A DNA stretch of 64,000 nt. Source: Macrostomum lignano (Eukaryota). Shown piece after piece: positions 54,601-64,000 of this stretch. Position 1 is the stretch's first letter. Each line of letters opens with the position of its first letter. Below the pieces are notes generated by a model. The model did not search any database. It was given only the letters and a program-made list of their open reading frames with translations, and was not told where the DNA came from. The DNA lies in contig NIVC01003323.1 in assembly GCA_002269645.1 (NCBI GenBank), positions 40,177 through 104,176 on the forward strand, written 5' to 3'. The translations under genes and the position numbers were made by a program.

Positions 54601-57600
54601 CCATCTTGAAGCTCTGCCTCTTTACCCGCATCCTCAAGGTTAACGACAGCCACATCCAGTAGATTAGCAAAGCTTTTCAGATCCTTGGCGTTTCCATTTC
54701 GCACGATCGGGAAGCTGTCCAGCTCTTCCAAGTGCAGAGCAAGTTGCCTACGCTGTCCACCAAATTCTCTCTCTAATCTCTCTTTTGCAGCTTCATATGC
54801 CGCAGCAGAGTGTCCTAGATGTTCTATAACCTTCAAAGCTTCACCGCTGAGGTACTGCCTAAGCTGCAGCAACTTGAATTCTGGTGTTGCAGGGGCGCTG
54901 TCGATGCACGCAACAAAGGCTGCCTTCCAGTTTTCATACTTCTGCTTTTCTCCACTAAACGTTGGGATTTCAACACGCTTCAGCATCTTCCACAAATCCT
55001 TTGAAAGCTCCTTCGGGTTGGATCCTTTGCTGGACGCAGCACTGCCAGAAAGTTTGTGTAACTCACCAGCTGCTTCTTCTTGGTCACCCGCAGCGTTCTC
55101 ACCGCTTGAGCTCGCGGCAGGAGGAGCTTCTTTGGCGCGCTGCAATCTCCGGTTTCTGGCGCTTTCGACGCGCTGCATGGCAGCTTGGTAGTCGCGCTCC
55201 GTCTCCTCCATTTCGTCTAGTAGGCGCTGTCGCCTCTCGTTGTCCTTGGCGTCGGCGTAGCCTTCATGCAGTTCTTCCTGGATGGCGCTGACCAGATCTT
55301 GCAGGTCTGACAGAGCGTCACAGGCAACTTGCACTTCGTCATCAGAGGCGTGCGTCTTTAACAGCCAAGACAGCTTGTTTTTGCAACGAGTGAACGCTGC
55401 TTTTTTTCGGGATTTCTCGAAGCGCAGCTTCTCTAAACGTAGGGCGCCGGCATCGTCTTGGGCTTCCTGCTGCTGCTGCTCATTGGCGTCGTCACTGTCC
55501 ATCCTGGTCCTTCGTTTCACAGTAGGGTTCTATTGCTTGCCACGTCAGTGGTAAGTTAGGCTTGTCCAACCACGCTCTGCTACCAAAATGTACTGTAGAA
55601 ATGAAAAGACCGATGGTCCGCCAAACTATTTTGGAGCTGAGGCTCAAGCGAGACGCTAACAAAACGAAAAGCGTAAACCGTACACAGGGCTAATAAGCCC
55701 TCTCGATGATATATTTATTGCAGTCAGTCAGAATCAGCCAGCGTGGAGGGGGGTGGGTGAGATGGGCCTGGGCTAAATCAGCGTACATAGAAAATTGAAT
55801 AATAAACACGTACATTAAATCACGCAGTGGAATTGGAAAGAAAATCAATGCTACTAATCTACCTCCCAAACACCATCCCCACACTGCAATCCCATCCCCC
55901 CACTGGAATCCCATCGCCACACTGCAATCCCATCCCCACACTGGAATCTCATCCCCACACTGCAATCTCAACCCCACACGGCAATCTCATCCCCACACTG
56001 CAATCTCAACCCCACACGGCAATCTCAACCCCACACTGCAATCCCATCCCCACACTGCAATCCCATCCCCACACTGGAATCTCATCCCCACACTGCAATC
56101 CCATCCCCACAATGCAATCCCATCCCCCCACTGGAATCCCATCGCCACACTGCAATCCCATCCCCACACACAAGTCCCATCCCACACGCCAGAATCCCGT
56201 CCCCACACGCCAGAATCCCGTCCCCACACGCCAGAGTCCCATCCCCACACGCCAGGGCTCCGCACCCACACTCACTCACCGCTCTCATCTTCGGACAGTC
56301 TGCTGTCGAAGCCGCCCCGCTGACGCCTGAGAAAGTGCCGGTCCGCTCGCTCGGCCAGCCGTCGCCATCGCCTATTGTTGATTTTGCTGGCGCCGCTGCC
56401 GCTGCCACTGCTGGTGCTGCACTCGACGCACTTCCTGCATTGTTTTAGTTGGAAACATTTCTTTAACTTACTGATCGGCACTTTTCATATGATTTCTGGC
56501 GTCAAGTATGCCTCATCCCTGTATCCCTGCATCCCTGTATCCCTGCATCCTTACATACTTACATCCCTGCATCCCTGCATCCCTACATCCCTACATCCTT
56601 GCATCCCTGCATCCCTGCATCCCTACATCCTTACATCCCTGCATCCCTGCATCCCTGCATCCTTACATCCCTGCAACCTTACATCCCTGCATCCCTGCAT
56701 CCCTGCATTCTTACATCCCTGCAACCTTACATCCCTGCATCCCTGCATCCCTGCATTCTTACATCCCTGCATCCCTGCATTCTTACATCCCTGCATCCCT
56801 GCATCCTTACATCCCTAAATCCTTACATCCTTTAGTCTCTATAAACTCCCAATTGTCCTCATATCCCATTCTCTCCATCGCCACCCGAACAGTACAAATA
56901 GAAATTCTGTAATCCCGAAAGCCCAGTCCCAAGCAGGCACAATGGACTGTTGATGATCTGCAACTGGTAAGCAAATCAATATCAGCCGGTGATGGGCAAA
57001 AGCATTTTATCAGTTGCGAATTCGGGAGATGAGGAGCAGAGGAAGAAGTGCTTCTCCTGCCTGTAAAGTTGGTTACGACTGCAGCATTCACTTTTTTCCT
57101 GCTCACTTATTGCTAGAAAATTAGATCCTGCCGCTGGAGGGGGCGAGGCGGGGTAGTCAGGGAGTCCCAGGAGAGACTGAGCGACATCCCAGGCCAGGGA
57201 GACCGCATTTAATTTGGACACCATGAGGGCCCGCCCCCAAGACACAGAGTGTGTACGTAGGTGGGCTCACGAGCGTGTGCCTGCTCATCCTCGAAAGACT
57301 AGTAACCCTAGCTTTTCACACAGGGGGTTACTAAATGCTAATACTAATAATGCAAATCAGTAGGCCAGTTGCCATGGTAGCAGCTCTGTTGAAGGCTTGC
57401 ACTGAGGACTCGGGATTAGCAATTATTGCTGTATCTTATCGCTGGCCCTGTCCCCCCCCCAACTGCAATTTCCCAGTTGCTCCACTTGGCTTAGCATGCA
57501 GCTCAGTGTGGGATATTCTCCCCTCCTCAGTTTGGGTCATGGGATAAGATTGCGATTTGTGAGTCTTCTTAATGGCCTTGCTCTCTTGAGCCACTATTGC

Positions 57601-58411
57601 TGTCCCACTAGCTGATGTGCCTCTCTCACTGTGCCGATGTGCCTCTCTCACTGTATCTGATGTGCCTCTCTCTGTATCTGATGTGTCTGTCACTGTATCT
57701 GATGTGTCTGTCACTGTATCTGGTGTGTCTGTCACTGTCAAATGTGTCTGTCACTGTATCTGATGTGTCTGTCACTGTATCAAATGTGTCTGTCACTGTA
57801 TCTGATGTGCCTCTCTGTCCCTGAGTCTCTGTCTCTGTCTGAGTCTCTGTCTCTGTCTCCCTCTGTCACTTTATCTTATGTGCCTCTGTCACTGTATCAA
57901 ATGTGTCTGTCACTGTATCTGATGTGTCTGTCACTATAAAATGTGTCTGTCACTGTATCAAATGTGTCTGTCACTGTATCTGATGTGCCTGTCACTATCA
58001 AATGTGTCTGTCACTGTATCTGATGTGTCTGTCACTGTATCAAATGTGTCTGTCACTGTATCTGATGTGCCTCTCTGTCACTGAGTCTCTGTCTCTGTCT
58101 CCCTCTGTCACTTTATCTTATGTGCCTCTGTCACTGTATCTGATGTGTCTGTCACTGTACCTGATGTGTCTGTCACTGTACCTGTTTCTATATTGAATGG
58201 CAGATTCAAAGGTCAAATAGAAGTTACAAAGTTCTACACACACTTTTCACTCACCCAGCTGAGACCAGTTCGGGCCATAGACTATTGCCCTGTACTGCTG
58301 AAGCCATTCTGAAACAGGCTGCGGAATCGCTGCTGCTGTGCTTGTTACTGTCACTATGGCAACTGGCCGAGTCGATCTGAATGCTCTCTGTCATAAGGCA
58401 AGCGCACTGAC
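45679..58411 (-). CDS. Probable nesprin-like tail-anchored protein with a KASH-like C-terminus (3' six exons, ~620 aa; 5' part not resolved)
   Basis: Phase-consistent exons 58411-58255, 56434-56280, 49012-48729, 48140-47443, 46725-46599, 46131-45679. Spectrin-like helices (INNRRWRRLAERAD, LRRWDRLAR), LEQLWDY motif, TM GLLLLLLASMTAVYLLP, then 33 residues ending SFGQWSWPNGAPV*. Confidence 0.6.
46237..46465. repeat. Intronic 50-bp tandem repeat
   Basis: GAGTCTGACCAGTACACCTGAGACAATAGTCTGACTGGTGCATCTGATAA, about 4 copies. Confidence 0.93.
47170..47204 (-). mobile_element. Helitron-like 3' terminus
   Basis: Minus strand reads GCCCC...CGAAGGGGGC CCATTGTG CTAG|T. Confidence 0.45.
48255..48702. repeat. 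Intronic 31-bp minisatellite TCTGACAGGTTCTGTCTGACAAGATTCCAAA
   Basis: About 14 copies read directly. Confidence 0.96.
49131..49414 (-). repeat. BEL/Pao 3' LTR
   Basis: Direct repeat of 55589-55872; preceded on the minus strand by PPT GGTGGGGGGTA (49425-49415); AATAAA at 49261-49256. Confidence 0.96.
50142..55520 (-). CDS. BEL/Pao gag-pol polyprotein (gag/DUF1759-like, 3 Cys/His knuckles, aspartic protease, RT, Pao RNase H, integrase, DUF5641-like)
   Basis: IPTFSGE, CIVCQGDHELWSC, CFRCLGQGHLGSQC, ALLDDAS, RIVFDAS, YMDD, FVDASEKAYG, HHESVQH..CAEC, DFAGP, SDNG, GVHE, WPLARV. First ATG at 55502. Confidence 0.97.
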   Translation of the reverse strand: MKRRTRMDSDDANEQQQQEAQDDAGALRLEKLRFEKSRKKAAFTRCKNKLSWLLKTHASDDEVQVACDALSDLQDLVSAIQEELHEGYADAKDNERRQRLLDEMEETERDYQAAMQRVESARNRRLQRAKEAPPAASSSGENAAGDQEEAAGELHKLSGSAASSKGSNPKELSKDLWKMLKRVEIPTFSGEKQKYENWKAAFVACIDSAPATPEFKLLQLRQYLSGEALKVIEHLGHSAAAYEAAKERLEREFGGQRRQLALHLEELDSFPIVRNGNAKDLKSFANLLDVAVVNLEDAGKEAELQDGMLYVRLQKKLPEQMVASYRRWIFEQRKPESVRNLRIWVLQEAEFQTEASEIVQGVATMQQERQKREQRPKTFVTTDSDKKVQRKICIVCQGDHELWSCSEFKELPVEKRWDAAQSSKCCFRCLGQGHLGSQCRRGRRCGISSCTKFHHRLLHAEKVLAKSGEAKQTASKDAKSASSSGKTGPVTLLSAGETAISLRTVPVVLRNGSRKLKVNALLDDASTRSYVNIGIAEALGVHGALEKVKVGVINGQTETFMTAPVCFSLESLDGQTSSMIVAFTADHVTGSLKGVDWHEEAQQWPHLRNVPFPKLCEPAVVDLLIGADHPDLHVSLKEIVGQPLEPKARLTPLGWTCIGRTEQDNSEMQNAHFAATFFSCDSESGQVAKILRQFWEIENVSEGANRSPLTADEERAVQQAKSSLKYTKGRYQIGIPWKKDRLAPAGTFSMALKRLKNTEQRLIKDMNVCKQYQEILEKYEQQGYIRKVSQAETEGRCFLPHFPVLRPDKATTKVRIVFDASAARLNDQILQGPKLQRDLVDVLLRFRRHPIAIACDVAEMYLQIEMDPKDRPLHSFLWRDADPSKQPDVYEFNRVVFGVTSSPFLAQFVTRCHAEKSKGELPEAAETVLHSTYMDDSLDSAPTEAAACRLYDQLSELWRRAGMHARKWVSNSRAVLDRIPPEDRAAEVTLDSKELPSTKTLGVTWQSEQDEFTFKDENKSRQVTTKRGLLKKLASVFDPLGLISPFVVQAKILMQELWQTGLDWDEPLNAELSAKVSAWCIDLKHLSEIRLSRALEGENSLSGSVHVFVDASEKAYGAVCYWRSETATDSERSVRLIISKTRVAPITTMSTPRLELMAAVLGVQLASKVAQSLQVPLRDAVFWSDSLNVLYWIRGRGKMFKPFVSSRVGEIQASTEPNQWRYVSTEKNPADLLSRGLSIKAVAASQLWWHGPQFLLEEAENWPKNKVQVPEQVEERRRCEDQSPAGESQRTYVTDVLERNHRLEPERFSSWIRAVRVHAWVARFANNCRLMKEHRDTGELSPAEIEAAESKIIQRAQQETFAEEIACLRAGKQLPGRSVISNLNPKLDVNDLLRADGRLKFADVLPFSTRFPIILPRSHRVTELIVKHHHESVQHLGTNQTLVALSNRFWIVSAREAIKSWEAKCAECRRRKARPASQIMAPLPACRFKEPLRAFARVAVDFAGPFITKQGRGKARQKRYLALFTCLATRAVHLEVAFGMDTDSFLRTLQRMISRRGQPIELFSDNGTNFVGAARELRELVDVLDTQKLQQRTASQQLRWHFNPPAAPHFGGVHEIMIKAAKKAIWAILKEADVTDEELLSAFAGAEALLNSRPLTYQTAHPSDDVPLTPNHFLIGQVGGKFAPEVDAAIARSPSRRWRHVQQLVSQIWRRWLREWLPGLAPRSKWRRELPDLQPGDVALLVSPDSPRGHWPLARVLEVMRGSDGHVRVASIRVGDRTMTRPITKLCPISAG
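55568..55585 (-). promoter_or_regulatory. Primer-binding site, tRNA-iMet type
   Basis: TGGTAGCAGAGCGTGGTT, 3 nt after the 5' LTR; complementary to an initiator tRNA 3' end (...CUCUGCUACCA). Confidence 0.85.
55589..55872 (-). repeat. BEL/Pao 5' LTR
   Basis: Direct repeat of 49131-49414. Confidence 0.96.
55873..56265. repeat. ~19-bp minisatellite CCCCACACTGCAATCCCAT, continuing at 49079-49130 across the Pao insertion
   Basis: The same unit occurs on both sides of the element. Confidence 0.93.
56505..56830. repeat. (CATCCCTG/CATCCTTA)n 8-bp repeat
   Basis: Read directly. Confidence 0.96.
57610..58185. repeat. Intronic ~21-bp minisatellite TGTGTCTGTCACTGTATCTGA
   Basis: Read directly. Confidence 0.95.
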
Positions 58412-58799
58412 CTGCATGGTCAGATAAGTAGAGAGAAAACACATGCAGATTGGTGGGGCTCAGTGTCTATAGTAAATATATACCATATAAAACTGTGTCT
58501 GTTTGCTGTTTTACGCTGTTCAAGAGTGCGTGTGGTCTTTGAGTTCAGTCTCTCCCTCCCCTCTCTCTACATGCATCGCTTTAAAGTAATTATATTACAC
58601 AGGGCGGGTAGCTATAGGAGACAGAAAGGCATGGGTGTGGGGACAGCCAATCCCTGCTGAGTAATGTCAGACTAATATTCGCATTTTTGAGTGGTAGGTT
58701 TTGCAATTATGCACAGTTCCAAGGTGGTTCTACTTAATCTTTTTAGTCTTTCTTAATATTTTGCATTTCCGCTCTATCATTTCTAGTTTCTGCTTTCTA

Positions 58800-59480
58800 C
58801 CCTCTCTCCCTCTCCCTCTCCCTCTTTAATTCTCTCTCTCATTCTCCCTCCCTCTCTCTCGGTCGCCCGCTTAGACTCTCCCTCTCTCATTCTCCATCTC
58901 TTCCTCTCCATCTATTTCCCTCCTCTCCCTCTCCTCTCTAACTCTCCCTCTCTCTCCCTCTCTCCCTCTCTCTCCCTCTCTCTCCCTCTCTCTCCTCTCT
59001 CTCCCTCTCCCTCTCTAACTCTCCCTCTCTCTCCCTCTCTCCCTCTCTCTCCCTCTCTCTCCCTCTCTCTCCCTCTCTCTCCCTCTCTCTCCTCTCTCTC
59101 TCCCTCTCTCTCCCTCTCTCTCCTCTCTCCCTCTCTCTCCCTCTCTCTCCCTTCTCTCTCTCCCTCTCTCTACCTCTCTCTCCCTCTCTCTCCCTCTCTC
59201 TCTCTCTCTCTCCCTCTCTCTCCCTCTCTCTCCCTCTCTCTCCCTCTCTCTCCCTCTCTCTCCCTCTTTCTCCCTCTCTCTACCTCTCTCTACCTCTCTC
59301 TCCCTCTCTCTCCCTCTCCCTCCCTCTCTCTCCCTCTCTCTCCCTCTCTCTCCCTCTCTCTCCCTCTCTCTCCCTCTCTCTCCCTCTCTCTCCCTCTCTC
59401 TCCCTCTTTCTCCCTCTCTCTACCTCTCTCTCCCCCTCTCTCCCTCTCTCTCCCTCTCTCTCCCTCTCCCTCCCTCTTTC
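58800..59480. repeat. (CT)-rich repeat, mostly CTCTCTCTCC units
   Basis: Read directly. Confidence 0.97.
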
Positions 59481-60019
59481 CCTCACCCGTCTTACATGCA
59501 GTACCTATCAGTTCAACGTCGAAAATGACGTTTAGGATGACGTCATCTTACTGAACAAAGTCACTGCGGTCCAGAGAATCAGTAGAGAAAACATCGAAGG
59601 CATTTTAAAAGAATTCTACGCAGCAGTCAGATGAAATATTATAATATTGGGAGGCAGTAGAATTAAAGCAGAAAAAACCAAGTCGATCCAAATGCTCCTT
59701 ACAAAGAACAAATGCAAGGCAAAGCCAAATAGGCTGAGTGGACCTACTCAAAATTCATTCCTAATCCCCTCTTTTATCCTGCCCCGTTGTCAAGAGGAGC
59801 AACCTGGTAAAAATGAACGCGTGCAGCGGTGAAGAACTCAGCCAAGACTCTTGACTGTTCAAGACGCACGGCTGACAGAAGAATATTTCTAGGAATCTCG
59901 AATGGGATTTCATTTTTTGCGCAGAGAGAGTCGGGAATAGGTCAATCGAGGTCAAATTTAGTACTGATAGAGCATGTTTTTAATGCTGTGCAACTGGGAG
60001 AAGAGATAGTAAAACTGAG

Positions 60020-60090
60020 AGGGAGTGGGAGCGGGAGCGGGAGCGGGAGCGGGAGCGGGAGCGGGAGCGGGAGCGGGAGCGGGAGCGGGA
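60020..60090. repeat. (GGGAGC)n hexamer repeat
   Basis: Read directly. Confidence 0.95.
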
Positions 60091-61410
60091 GTAGCAGATC
60101 AGTCAGAGAGAACAGACAAGGGGTAACCGAAGAGCAGCAGAGCAGAAGTGAACAAGAAGATACTAGAATTCTTCTCAGCTAAAAAGTGCCGTGATCGCTA
60201 ACGAACTATCATGTGGCACACTGCGCACAGTAGAGGAAGTCATGACAGCTCCACTAGCTCGTATTCCACTTCGCTGTCTTGCTGTTTCCTTCGCCTCGGG
60301 AGGGGGGGGGTGGGCAGCCGACCCAGCAGTATGTCATCTAATTGGACTTGAATGCGACTTAATTGGGGGTAGTTTCCAGCAGCTAAGGGCTTTCTTCTTC
60401 TTAAACTCTTCTTTTAGTTTTATTGGTTAAGCTGGGTCCGGCAAAAATCTTGGGTTTCTTTTGCTGATTCCAAGGCCTTGTCACAGACTATTTTTGCTGA
60501 GTAAAATCTAGGCTGACACAATTCAATTGAAGTACAGTTAAGCCTTCAAATAAATTTGTTCTTTGGTACCCTGTGTACATGTATTGATACAAATCTGTGC
60601 TGAGTCGTGCTCAGGGATCAGGAACTGTCTTCCTATAACTCTCTACCCGAGCTAGCAGAAAGAATTCCTCAGAAATAGATGCTTTTATTCTCAATACAGC
60701 TTGCTGGCAGGGAGGCTTAGAAACGGCTCAAGTAAGAAGCTGAGCAGCCGTGTGAGCCGGCATAATTCAGCTCTCAGATCATCCTGTCATGCTTTATTTA
60801 GAAGTTGCGGCATCATGATATTCGCATTCTGAAATGCCAAATAATACTGCAGCAGGGGCGCTCAGTGATTGCGTAATCATTGCTTCGCTCTGTGGGAAGC
60901 AAAAATGTCATGGATACGAGGAATAATGAGGATATTGAGTCCACTCTCTGAGTTCCACGGATTTATGAGCGATGCGGTGCTTCCGAAGCTCAAGCAGGTT
61001 TGATTAACAACTCAAATCGCTTGTTTGCCTGCCTGACTCTGGTAGCAGTTTTGAACACATGTTTCAGAACCTTTCTGAATCAACCTTATGTAAAACATCA
61101 ACCTTCAGAAGAACCTTCATCAAAAGAAATACCTTCTTATCTCTGGGTCGGCTTTCGATAATCAAGCAGTTAAATCTTGTAAAAAACTGAAAATACTACT
61201 TCAAATAGCTCGATGCGTTTGGTGCTGGTATAAAATATCGGGCAGGAAAATTCAGCCATAATTTACCATCTAATTCCATCGTTTCGTGAACTGATTCTGA
61301 ATCAAAGATTGTGAGCCATTGGGCCGCTGGCAGCTTCTCGTTGTAACCGAGAGATCGGTGTCTGCACTGAAAACTGAAAGATACGAGTCGTAGCATTTGG
61401 TGAATGGGAA

Positions 61411-61782
<372 letters not shown>

Positions 61783-64000
61783 TAGATATATTTGAGTACC
61801 ACTAAGACAGACGTTAGAGTGTGAAATGGCGGTGCAACCTACTCAGAATGAGTGGTGGCAGCTTCTGAGGTGTGCAGTGATGGCCCGAGATATTATATAT
61901 ATCTCTTTTTTAAGAAAATGGCATAAATCGTGTGTGGATGTAGCTGAATCCGATGGTACTGCTCAGAACGGAATTAATTGCTCGGTCGATGCTTTAAGCT
62001 GAATTTATTTCTGTCGCGACAAAAACTATTATATTGGGTGAAAAAATAATGGACTCTGTAGTACCACTACAGAGAAAAATACTGGAGTCTGTTGTTGGAC
62101 TATCTTATCTAATGTTTTTTTGCGCTATATTTCTTTGCGATATAGCGCGGTGAGTCGCTATAGTACGTGTGTAGGCTCCTGTGTGGGCTTTATTTCAAAT
62201 ATCGCGAAGATATTTTAAGCATATGATTTTAAAAATCTTTTTATATAAGAAATAGCTAAATATTTTACATACATATAATAAACTAATTTCACGTTCTGCT
62301 TTGATGTTGTACATTTTATTTGTTTTAGCTGCTGTGTATGGTAACTTCCATATAAATTGTTTTATTCTTAGAAGCAGCTCGGAGATTTAGTTTGGTAGCA
62401 GATGTGATTGACGTTGAGCACTTTGCAACTTTTAGGAGTTAGGAGTGAATTAGGCATTTTGTGTAGCCGGGTTTAGTTATGTTGATCTGATATGTATAAT
62501 CATTAGTTTTTATGTTTGATTTTCTTTGTGATATGTATGTCATATATGTCAGACTATACTAGTGTAACTAGCCTATGACTATGTTTGACTATGGGCATAT
62601 TTCAATGATTGTGGATTTAAAATTCATGAAAACTGATTTTCGTGATTTTAAAATTGTAGTAGGAAGCATGTCCTTTAAAATTAATTTGTATACAGAGAAC
62701 ATGCAACTTTCCAGTATACTTTTCAAATTTTTCTTTTGTGATATTGTGATTTTGTGATATTTATAGGCCTTAGCTCATTGACATTGTCATCTATTTTTAT
62801 ATTGTAGGTCTATTGCCTAAGATGTAAGTCTTTATAAGGCATCAACAAATTAATATTTTAGGGTAGCCACTCTGAGTCTTTCTATTCAAAACTTATGGCT
62901 TTTTTATTTTTTTTATATACATATTTTTGTCAAAAATTCACTCAAGGGCCATTCCATATAATTATGGTCGTAACATGACAGACTATTTTTACTTATAAAA
63001 TGAAATCTAATAATAGAATATACTAAACCAATATTTTGATATCTGATGTTGCAAGTACTATAATTTTATATATGGTTTGTTTTAACCTTCTAAAGCTTTC
63101 TATTTGTTTTTTAAAGGTACATAAACTCAAGGATGTCTTTTGCTTAGAAAATGTCCAATTTTTTTTAAAAAAACTTTTTGCTAATTGATAACATACTAAT
63201 CTAACATTTTATCATTTATTTATTCTTAGATTGTATACATTACATACAAAAAAGATTTTGTAAAAAAATGGCTGATAAGGCAATGACAAGCAAAAATATT
63301 GACTTTTTTCTATTTTCCAAATGTGTCCATCTTATATGGAATTGGCCTTAAATGACTTGCAGGAAATTAGATAAGTGTATGAGTATACACTCTGTGCCCT
63401 TAGGGTTAATCCTGGTGAGCTCTCTACTACTAATTCCTTTTAATCTAAACTTAGTTTGCAAGCATTTTTATCAGGGTTATTCAAAGAGTATTGGCAACAG
63501 GCTACTAAAATCTAGTACAAGCTCATTATTATAAAAGTAAAGGTTTATAGTCTTTCTATATAGTCTTCGCTATGCTCTATGCACTTTTGATGCCTCTATA
63601 ACCACAAATCAAAGGCGCTGCAGTATTCCAATTCAGTGAATGTCTTCAACTCTGAATTGATAGCATGCGCCAGGTCTTGCAGCCTCTGAAATTGGCACCT
63701 AGCCAGCCTTTATTGATGGAGCTTAATCCCCTATCACCTATGCTAAGTCGGCATAGATTTTGGTGGCATTTTCTCCAAGTTAAGTGCGGATAAAGATGTA
63801 GAAATGCATGTTTTCTGAGCTGATATTTTCCATATTTTTTCAAAAGCTGAAACAGGTATGGTTAGGTGTGAATTATGCAATAATGGGTAAAGCTATTGAG
63901 CTGAAAATTTTATGGTGGTCTCAAGCATGTTATTAAAATATCCCTAAATTTAGTGTGTTTTGCTTGAGCCAAAGTATATCTACATATGCAGTTTCCAAAA

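Larger units (their letters stand above)
49131..55872 (-). mobile_element. Full-length BEL/Pao LTR retrotransposon (6742 bp)
   Basis: 284-bp LTRs at 49131-49414 and 55589-55872 (TG...CA, identical by eye); 5-bp TSD CCATC at 49126-49130 and 55873-55877; PBS and PPT present; single intact gag-pol ORF. Confidence 0.97.

Noticed and set aside
50294-55554. Many small ORFs overlapping the Pao polyprotein
   Set aside because: Shadow ORFs of a long GC-rich CDS.
56807-57106. Candidate extra exon of the nesprin-like gene
   Set aside because: No donor in the required phase; exon 58255 joins 56434 directly in phase 2.

Overview
Eukaryotic (metazoan) genomic DNA with spliceosomal GT-AG introns, GC-rich exons, AT-rich intergenic tracts and many minisatellites. 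The style suggests the flatworm Macrostomum lignano, which is an inference only. Four host genes can be assembled by hand with consistent exon phases. (1) JKAMP, minus strand, 2 exons, 325 aa. (2) A ~1900-aa MUC4/mesh-like type I membrane mucin, minus strand, 13 exons: signal peptide, acidic Thr-rich repeats, 3 EGF, NIDO, AMOP, GDPH/VWD, 5 EGF-like, TM, with one 1-bp frameshift in a G homopolymer. (3) A PRRC2/BAT2-like gene, plus strand, with HQESQPH and HPGQ repeat tracts. (4) The 3' six exons of a probable nesprin-like tail-anchored protein, minus strand, ending in a divergent KASH-like peptide (NGAPV). Mobile DNA includes a complete BEL/Pao LTR retrotransposon (apparently identical 284-bp LTRs, CCATC TSD, tRNA-iMet PBS) inside an intron of gene 4, and an internally deleted Gypsy that keeps its ACAG TSD. 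There are also RTE-like, MULE, tyrosine-recombinase, hAT and piggyBac remnants, two ~300-bp hAT-type MITEs with 8-bp TSDs, and two Helitron-like 3' ends. No CRISPR, rRNA or tRNA genes were seen. No clearly new multi-gene system is evident. The best leads are the aromatic-rich mucin, the divergent KASH gene carrying a young sense-oriented Pao insertion, and the splice and repeat oddities in the PRRC2-like gene.
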